Virus record (IMG/VR): IMGVR_UViG_3300027571_000752
Span: 1-24,153 of that record
Reading direction: 5' to 3' (one strand)
Length of the DNA: 24,153 nucleotides
Source of the DNA: a virus
Taxonomy: Duplodnaviria > Caudoviricetes
The notes beneath the pieces are model-generated. The model worked only from the letters and a program-made list of their open reading frames with translations, was not told where the DNA came from and searched no databases. A program made the position numbers and the translations under genes. Below, one piece after another: positions 9,578-16,099 of this stretch (positions are counted from its first letter, which is position 1; every line of letters begins with the position of its first letter).

Positions 9578-10405
9578 ATGTCAATTTTAACAGTTAATTT
9601 AGGAACATATGCAAACGACGGAAACGGTGACGATTTACGCACGGCGTTTGAAAAATCCAATAATAACTTCACAGAGTTAGATTTAACACGAGTTATTACT
9701 GCTGATAATTTAGGTTCAGGTGCTCCGGTTTTTAAAGAAAAAATAGGTAACAATTTACAACTTAGATCAATCATAAGCGGGCTAAACATTGCTGTAACTT
9801 ACACTGACAACGAAATTAGCATAGCTACTCCGGACAGCATTAATTCGGTAGAAGAAGATACAAACCCTCAACTGGGCGGCGACTTAAATTTAAATGGTCA
9901 TTTAATTACCGGAACTGGAAATATATTAATAAGCGGTAATATAGTAGCTCAAGAAATTGCTGGAAATTTAACAGGTAATTTAACTGGCGATGTAACTGGA
10001 AATTTAACAGGTAATGTAACTGGCGATGTAACTGGAAATTTAACAGGTAATGTAACTGGCGATGTAACTGGAAATGTAACTGGCGATGTAACTGGAAATT
10101 TAACAGGTAATGTAACTGGATTAGTCAGCTCGATAGGAAATCATAATTTATCAGCTCTTGGAGATGTTAGTTCTAGCATACCAGTAATCGGTCAAACACT
10201 AACCTGGAGCGGTAGTGAATGGGGGCCTTCTACAATTGTAGCAGGAGTTAGTAAGATCATTGCAGGGACGAATGTAACTATTTCTCCAACTGACGGCATC
10301 GGTGAAGTAACAATTAACTCGTTAGGTGGCGGTGGCGGTGGGGATTTAGATTTTGGATCATTTTTATCTCCTGCAGGATTTTCATTAGATTTAGGTTCTT
10401 TCTAA
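9578..10405 (+). CDS. Short fibre/adaptor structural protein with gp9/gp10-like N-terminus and G(N/D)(L/V)T repeat shaft (275 aa)
   Basis: VNLGTYANDGNGDDLRTAFEKSNNNFTEL anchor; DTNPQLGGDLNLNG motif; 13 tetrapeptide repeats; GVSKIIAGTNVTISP..GEVTIN fibre motif; ends LDFGSF..LDLGSF. Confidence 0.72.
   Translation: MSILTVNLGTYANDGNGDDLRTAFEKSNNNFTELDLTRVITADNLGSGAPVFKEKIGNNLQLRSIISGLNIAVTYTDNEISIATPDSINSVEEDTNPQLGGDLNLNGHLITGTGNILISGNIVAQEIAGNLTGNLTGDVTGNLTGNVTGDVTGNLTGNVTGDVTGNVTGDVTGNLTGNVTGLVSSIGNHNLSALGDVSSSIPVIGQTLTWSGSEWGPSTIVAGVSKIIAGTNVTISPTDGIGEVTINSLGGGGGGDLDFGSFLSPAGFSLDLGSF
9962..10117 (+). repeat. Coding tandem repeat: 13 x 12 bp with a 36-bp higher-order unit, encoding GNLT/GNVT/GDVT
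   Basis: Units GGAAATTTAACA, GGTAATGTAACT and GGCGATGTAACT recur as near-exact DNA copies. Confidence 0.95.
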
Positions 10406-10421
10406 GGTTTAGGGGAAAACA

Positions 10422-11003
10422 ATGGCATTATTATTAAGACGCGGCTTAGAAGCAGATAGACTAAGCATAACTCCGGAGGAAGGTGAATTAATTTATGTAA
10501 CAGACACTAAATTAATCTACGTCGGAGACGGGGTTACACCTGGTGGTATTTTGGTTGCAGGTGGCGGGACTCCATCGCCTACTCCTACATATTCATTAGC
10601 AAGAAGTGCTGCTACAGTGAATGAAGGCGGTTCTGTAACAATTACATTAACAACGACAAATGTGTCTAACGGAACTAGTGTTCCTTATACTATCACAGGA
10701 ACTGGAATTACTGCTGCTGATTTAGGATTAGGAGCATTAACCGGTAATTTTACTGTAAATTCTAACTCTGCTAGCTTAATTTTAAATATTGCCAATGATT
10801 TTACTACAGAAGGTAGCGAAACATTTACACTAACTTTAAACAGTATTGTACCCACAACTAGCATAAATGTAACAATTACTGATACATCTACAGCAATAAT
10901 AGATGGCGGTAGCCCAAGTTCAACAAGTTTTGATTTAGTATTAGATGGCGGTAGCCCAATTACAAGCAGTTTTAGTGCTATCATTGACGGCGGTACACCG
11001 TAA
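10422..11003 (+). CDS. Small fibre/adaptor protein: Mtd_N-like N-terminus, Calx-beta/Ig-like domain and three DGG repeats (193 aa)
   Basis: N-terminus LLLRRG..PEEGELIYVTDTKLIYVGDGVTPGG; Calx-beta-like VNEGGSVTITLTT..DFTTEGSETFTLTL. SD GGGGA upstream. Confidence 0.7.
   Translation: MALLLRRGLEADRLSITPEEGELIYVTDTKLIYVGDGVTPGGILVAGGGTPSPTPTYSLARSAATVNEGGSVTITLTTTNVSNGTSVPYTITGTGITAADLGLGALTGNFTVNSNSASLILNIANDFTTEGSETFTLTLNSIVPTTSINVTITDTSTAIIDGGSPSSTSFDLVLDGGSPITSSFSAIIDGGTP
10896..11000 (+). repeat. Three 42-bp-period repeats encoding (I/L)DGG(S/T)P
   Basis: Exact 18-mer TAGATGGCGGTAGCCCAA at 10900-10917 and 10942-10959; a third degenerate copy lies 42 bp further on. Confidence 0.85.
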
Positions 11004-11014
11004 TTTAAAATATG

Positions 11015-11022
11015 CATAAATA
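11015..11022 (+). promoter_or_regulatory. T4-late-like promoter (CATAAATA) heading the fibre plus twin protease unit
   Basis: 7/8 match to TATAAATA in a 41-bp gap, followed by SD GAGGA and ATG 11045. Confidence 0.6.
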
Positions 11023-11044
11023 ACAACATAGAGGATTTTTTAAC

Positions 11045-13612
11045 ATGCCACAACAGATTATTTTAAGAAAGGGTACCGCAGCAGATTGGACAAGTGCGAA
11101 TCCTGTTCTAGCAGCGGGTGAACCAGGTGTTGAAACTGACACAGGTAAATTTAAGATCGGTGACGGATCAACTGCATGGACTTTGCTCGATTACGCAGTA
11201 CCGACTGTACCAACTGATATTAGCGACCTATCAGACACTACCAATCTTATTCCAACGATCTTATCCGATCTATCTAATGTTTCAAGCAGTGCGCCAAGTA
11301 CAGGACAAGTTTTAAAGTGGGACGGTGCCCAATGGGCGCCTGGTACTGATTCAACAGGCACTGGCGGTGGCGCAGCAACATTAAACGAACTTACAGATGT
11401 TGATACAGCTGGGGTAGTCGACGGTGATGTATTAACATATAACACTGGTGTGTGGGTCGCTAGTCCAGCGGCTAGTATTCCATTAACACTAGACGACTTG
11501 TCGGATGTTGATTCAGCTAGCGCAGTATCTGGCAATATAATTAGATACAACGGCACATCTTGGATTGCAGGGGCAGCAGATTTAAATACAACACTTTCTG
11601 ATGTTAACATTGACAACTTAACTCTTGCAGCTGGTAATTTCTTAACTTATACTGCCGATGATTTTTGGACAAACGTTCCACTTAATAGCTTTGCGTCAGT
11701 AATAGCAAATACAACACCGATAACTGCCGAAGGCGTAACTGGTGGTTTACAGTTACTCGGGGGCACTGGCATCACAGTGACTGGCGACGATGTTGCAAAA
11801 ACAATTACATTAGAACTCAACGGCGATGCACTTACATTTACCGGCACTACTAACGTAGAAATAATGCGTGTTAACGATGTTATTGAGCCGCCAAGCGGAT
11901 TTCCGCTGAGAGTTAACGGTGGTCTACAGGTAGGTAACGACACAGTTTCAGGTTTAATTTATTCTATACATTCAACCTATTCACCGTTCTGGTATAAAGG
12001 TTGGGTGTTTGCGCAACACCATGAAACTCCCGATGTAATGAATTTTAATTTTTACAGAACGCGAGGCACTTCAGCTATACCAGCCACGATCCAAAGTGGA
12101 GATAAATTAGGCGAGATAGGTTTTTACGGATGGAACGGCGTTACTCAGATGCCTGGTGCGGCGATCACTGTAGATACTACAGCAGCCCCAGGTGCAACAA
12201 ACGTTCCTACTAGAATTAGAGTAGCTACCAATAATGGAAGTGGGATTGCATACAGAGCAGAATTTGCTAGTTCAGGTGAATTTAAAGTCGATAATATAAC
12301 TGCTCTTACAACAAATAGTAATTTAACACTTTCAGGAAACGGCACTGGTGTTGTTAGTTTACCTGCTGGCTCTACAGTAGGCGGGATTCCAATTGGCAGT
12401 ATTCAAATCCAAGGATCTGTCGCTGACTTTGCATCACTTCCTGGCACAAGTACTATAGGTTACTTATATGTTACAGCAGATAACGGTCATGGTTATGTGT
12501 GGGACGGTGCAGCATGGATTGATGTTGGACAAATCCAAGGTCCACAAGGTATTCAAGGCCTTCAAGGCGTTGACGGAAATGCTGCAACATTACAAGTAGG
12601 AACAGTCACAACTGGTGCACCGGGAAGTTCTGCAACTGTTACTAACGTAGGAACAGCTACTGAGGCAGTATTTGATTTTGCTATACCTCAAGGTACTGCT
12701 GGTACCGACGGTGCTGCCGGTGCTGATGGCCTCGGATTCACTGGAGGTTCATACAATGGTGCTACCGGAATTGTAACATTTACATCAGACGATGGATTAG
12801 GTTTTTCTACAGAGGATCTAAGAGGTGCTGATGGTGCTCCTGGTACTCCTGGTGCTGATGGTGCTGCTGGTGCTGACGGTGCTGATGGTATAGGTGTTCC
12901 TGCAGGTGGTACAGGAGGTCAAGTACTTGCTAAAATTGATGGTACTGATTATAATACACAATGGGTTAATCAATCCGGCGGTATTGCATTAACAGATTTA
13001 AGTGTAACTACAGCAACTGCCGGTACAGCATCACTAAGTTATGATAATAGTTTAGGCGTATTCACATACACGCCACCGGATTTAACTGGTTATGCATCAT
13101 CAAGCTCGGTTCCTATTAACTTAGCAGATTTAGCTGATGTAAGTGCAACATCACCGTCAACAGGCCAAGTGTTAAAATGGGATGGTGCTGCATGGTCTCC
13201 TGCTACTGATGCAACAGGCGGTGGTGGCAGTATGGGTTCTAGAACAACCGTAAATGGATCTTCTGCTAGCCTTGTCGACGGCGGGACTGGACCTATTAAC
13301 ATTGTCGGATATAGCAGTTACATGCTTATGAAAGTACAGACCAGTGCTGCTGCTTGGGTAAGAATTTATACTAGTGAAGCAGCTAGAATTGCTGATGCAG
13401 GTCGTGCTGAAGGTACTGATCCTACTCCAGGATCTGGTGTTATTGCCGAAGTAATTACAACTGGTGCTGAGACTATCTTAATAACTCCCGGAGCGTTAGG
13501 ATTTAACGACGAAGGACCAGTAACTACTAATATTCCAATTAGGGTTACTAATAAAAGTGGCGGAACAACAGCCATTGCAGTCACATTGACTGTATTACAA
13601 TTAGAAGCATGA
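11045..13612 (+). CDS. Tail fibre protein with Mtd_N-like N-terminus, LxDLxDV repeats, collagen-like segments and a globular C-terminal domain (855 aa)
   Basis: N-terminus IILRKGTAADWTSANPVLAAGEPGVETDTGKFKIGDGSTAW; about five LxxLxDV..G(Q/D/N)VLx(W/Y)..W repeats; Gly-X-Y runs GPQGIQGLQGVDG and GADGAPGTPGADGAAGADGADG. Confidence 0.8.
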   Translation: MPQQIILRKGTAADWTSANPVLAAGEPGVETDTGKFKIGDGSTAWTLLDYAVPTVPTDISDLSDTTNLIPTILSDLSNVSSSAPSTGQVLKWDGAQWAPGTDSTGTGGGAATLNELTDVDTAGVVDGDVLTYNTGVWVASPAASIPLTLDDLSDVDSASAVSGNIIRYNGTSWIAGAADLNTTLSDVNIDNLTLAAGNFLTYTADDFWTNVPLNSFASVIANTTPITAEGVTGGLQLLGGTGITVTGDDVAKTITLELNGDALTFTGTTNVEIMRVNDVIEPPSGFPLRVNGGLQVGNDTVSGLIYSIHSTYSPFWYKGWVFAQHHETPDVMNFNFYRTRGTSAIPATIQSGDKLGEIGFYGWNGVTQMPGAAITVDTTAAPGATNVPTRIRVATNNGSGIAYRAEFASSGEFKVDNITALTTNSNLTLSGNGTGVVSLPAGSTVGGIPIGSIQIQGSVADFASLPGTSTIGYLYVTADNGHGYVWDGAAWIDVGQIQGPQGIQGLQGVDGNAATLQVGTVTTGAPGSSATVTNVGTATEAVFDFAIPQGTAGTDGAAGADGLGFTGGSYNGATGIVTFTSDDGLGFSTEDLRGADGAPGTPGADGAAGADGADGIGVPAGGTGGQVLAKIDGTDYNTQWVNQSGGIALTDLSVTTATAGTASLSYDNSLGVFTYTPPDLTGYASSSSVPINLADLADVSATSPSTGQVLKWDGAAWSPATDATGGGGSMGSRTTVNGSSASLVDGGTGPINIVGYSSYMLMKVQTSAAAWVRIYTSEAARIADAGRAEGTDPTPGSGVIAEVITTGAETILITPGALGFNDEGPVTTNIPIRVTNKSGGTTAIAVTLTVLQLEA
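12824..12886 (+). repeat. Collagen-like 9-bp coding repeat, 7 units
   Basis: GGTGCTGAT GGTGCTCCT GGTACTCCT GGTGCTGAT GGTGCTGCT GGTGCTGAC GGTGCTGAT. Confidence 0.85.
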
Positions 13613-13613
13613 T

Positions 13614-16088
13614 ATGTCTGATAATTTTAGAGAGTTTATTGTAACCCTCAAGGATAAAAAAGATTTAGAACAATTTTACCTTGACATGGAGAATTCAGGT
13701 ACATCAGGAAATGTACCTGAAAGAGCTGTAGAATGTGTTAGTAGACGATCAATTAGTCGAAACACCCACTACAAGTTAACTAAGGAAGAAGTTGAAAAAC
13801 TTAAAGCCGATCCTAGGGTTGAATCAATAACTCTTAGATTGAAAGACATGGGTGTTAAAGCTAGTTTGCATAGCCAAACTGGCACCTGGAGTAGGGCCGA
13901 CACTATCGATGTTGATCAGAAAAATTGGGGTTTGTATCGAACTACCTTAGTTGACAATGTCCCCGGTTGGGGATCAGAAAGTGGATCTAGTTCTCAAACG
14001 TCAACAATTAATGTGACGCCGTCGGGGAAAGATGTTGATATTGTTGTTTTAGATGAAATGCTTTATCCAAGTCATTCCGAATTCGATTCTCGTGTAGTGC
14101 AATATGACTGGTTTGCAAATCATAACATTGCAGTCTGGCCTGAAAACCCAAATACAAATTATCAATACAATTTTTATTCGGGCGGCAACAACCATGCAAC
14201 ACATGTTGCTGGTATTATCGGTGGAAATACACAAGGCTGGGCTAGAGGTGCCAATCTTTATAATTTCAGGCATGATACATCAGATGTAAATGGAGCACCT
14301 GGCGATTATACACCATCACAGTATGTCATCGATTATATTAGAGAATGGCATAACAATAAAAACACAAACCCAGAAACTGGTAGCACTAACCCAACCGTTG
14401 TTAACTGTAGCTGGGGTTTAGGCATCGGTGTAAATTATACTAATACAATTACCGGTAGTGGTAATAGTAGATTTAGCGAAATATTTTATAGAGGTTCTGT
14501 TGTTACTCCAGAAAGTATTGGACGAACACCTGTAGACACAGGATTCAGTGGCGTTTGTAATGCTACAACACGACTAGCTACTCTTTCAAATTTAGTCAAT
14601 GGCGGGAACAGACTTACAACTTCAGGTACTGCAACTGGTGCATGTACATCGATTACGTTAAATTTACAAGGCGATGTCGGCATGACAGACTTAGGTGCAC
14701 CGACATCATCTTCTGTTGACGGAGTTGATGTGTACGACGATGCGTATTGGTCAGTGACTATCCCATTCACAGTAACGTATTGCGGAGGCGACTACACAAC
14801 TTGCTCCGTTAGTACTAATAGTTTTGTAATGTTTGGCGGTAGTGCATCTCAAGGATATACATATATTGTTGGAGCAAGTAGTCCGCCTGCTAGAAAAATT
14901 ACTATATCAGCCGGTGACCGAAGTTGTCAAAGACTACTGACTAAGACTACAGGAACTACACCTAATAGAGAATTTACTGTTAGATGGGAAGGGCATGATG
15001 CTGCAAACGGCGGATTGCTAGGCAGTCCTACTACAGTCTGGGAAATAACATTTTACGAAAATACACCTACACAAATTGATTTGCATATTGGGAATAATGC
15101 ATCATTTAGAGGTGAATTTACATTAGCTGACTTAGAAACTTACGGAATTGTACAAACAGGCTTCGATGCTCCATATCGAGATGCTGCGATGGATGCTGAT
15201 ATCACGGATGCTATAAATGATGGTATTATTTTCGTTGGTTCAGCTGGCAACGGCGGATTTAAAGTTGATGTAGCAGGTGGCGGCGACTATAATAACTACT
15301 TTGTAGATAACGGCGAACCGTTTTATTATCATAGAGGGGCAACGCCGTCAGCTAGTCACCCTAATGTTATCTGTGTAGGAGCATTCGATAGCTCCAGTCA
15401 AGAAAATAAATCAACAGTTAGTAATACCGGTCCAAGAGTAGATGTATATGCACCGGGCAAGAATATTATATCGTCAGTGTATGATAGTTTAGGACCAAAT
15501 GGCGGAAACACTTCTGGTGCTGTCAACGACGGCAGTGCTATACTTAATACATTAACTTCAGTATCGAGAAATGCAGGGAATACTGCTACAATATTTACTA
15601 GTTCACCTCATGGATTAACTGGGGATCCAATTAGTATTTCTTGCAGCGACTCTACCTTCAACGCTACTATGGTCAGTCCAATCATAACTGGATTACAAAC
15701 TTTTGAATATACTAATGAAGGTGCCGAATTGGCGGAAGTTGCTGCTACCGGTACTATAACCGTAGGGTATTTTTATCAAAAGTATAACGGAACTAGTATG
15801 TCCGCAGCGCAAGTCACTGGCATAACTGCCTTAGCATTAGAAACATATCCAAACATGACTTCGTACGATGCGAAAGAATATATAGTCGGCCATGCGCAGT
15901 CTAATAAAATGTTTACAACTGGAGGCGGCCATACTGATTATACATCACTGCAATCTGGAAATAACAAAATTCTTTATTATTACAAAGAGCGAGCAGATGA
16001 AGGTTTGGCATTCCCTAAACTAAATTGGAAGCTTCGACCGACTACAGGATCTGTATATCCAAGAACACGAATTAGAAAAACTCGCTAA
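13614..16088 (+). CDS. Subtilisin-family (peptidase S8) serine protease 1 with I9-like propeptide (824 aa)
   Basis: Asp147 in VDIVVLD, His194 in NHATHVAG, VVNCSWG, oxyanion Asn546 in SAGN, VDVYAPG, Ser728 in NGTSMS. The N-terminal EFIVTL..LTKEEVEKLKADPRVESI resembles an inhibitor-I9 prodomain. No signal peptide is apparent. Confidence 0.92.
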   Translation: MSDNFREFIVTLKDKKDLEQFYLDMENSGTSGNVPERAVECVSRRSISRNTHYKLTKEEVEKLKADPRVESITLRLKDMGVKASLHSQTGTWSRADTIDVDQKNWGLYRTTLVDNVPGWGSESGSSSQTSTINVTPSGKDVDIVVLDEMLYPSHSEFDSRVVQYDWFANHNIAVWPENPNTNYQYNFYSGGNNHATHVAGIIGGNTQGWARGANLYNFRHDTSDVNGAPGDYTPSQYVIDYIREWHNNKNTNPETGSTNPTVVNCSWGLGIGVNYTNTITGSGNSRFSEIFYRGSVVTPESIGRTPVDTGFSGVCNATTRLATLSNLVNGGNRLTTSGTATGACTSITLNLQGDVGMTDLGAPTSSSVDGVDVYDDAYWSVTIPFTVTYCGGDYTTCSVSTNSFVMFGGSASQGYTYIVGASSPPARKITISAGDRSCQRLLTKTTGTTPNREFTVRWEGHDAANGGLLGSPTTVWEITFYENTPTQIDLHIGNNASFRGEFTLADLETYGIVQTGFDAPYRDAAMDADITDAINDGIIFVGSAGNGGFKVDVAGGGDYNNYFVDNGEPFYYHRGATPSASHPNVICVGAFDSSSQENKSTVSNTGPRVDVYAPGKNIISSVYDSLGPNGGNTSGAVNDGSAILNTLTSVSRNAGNTATIFTSSPHGLTGDPISISCSDSTFNATMVSPIITGLQTFEYTNEGAELAEVAATGTITVGYFYQKYNGTSMSAAQVTGITALALETYPNMTSYDAKEYIVGHAQSNKMFTTGGGHTDYTSLQSGNNKILYYYKERADEGLAFPKLNWKLRPTTGSVYPRTRIRKTR

Positions 16089-16099
16089 GGAATTAAAAT

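Noticed and set aside
9962-11000. CRISPR-like array in the 12/36-bp or 42-bp repeats
   Set aside because: The repeats are in frame within coding sequence and are contiguous or degenerate. There is no repeat-unique spacer structure and no cas genes.
10422-13612. Diversity-generating retroelement suggested by Mtd_N-like domains
   Set aside because: I saw no reverse transcriptase, no adenine-mismatched template/variable repeat pair and no recognisable C-type-lectin variable domain in the window. Mtd_N is only a structural anchor.
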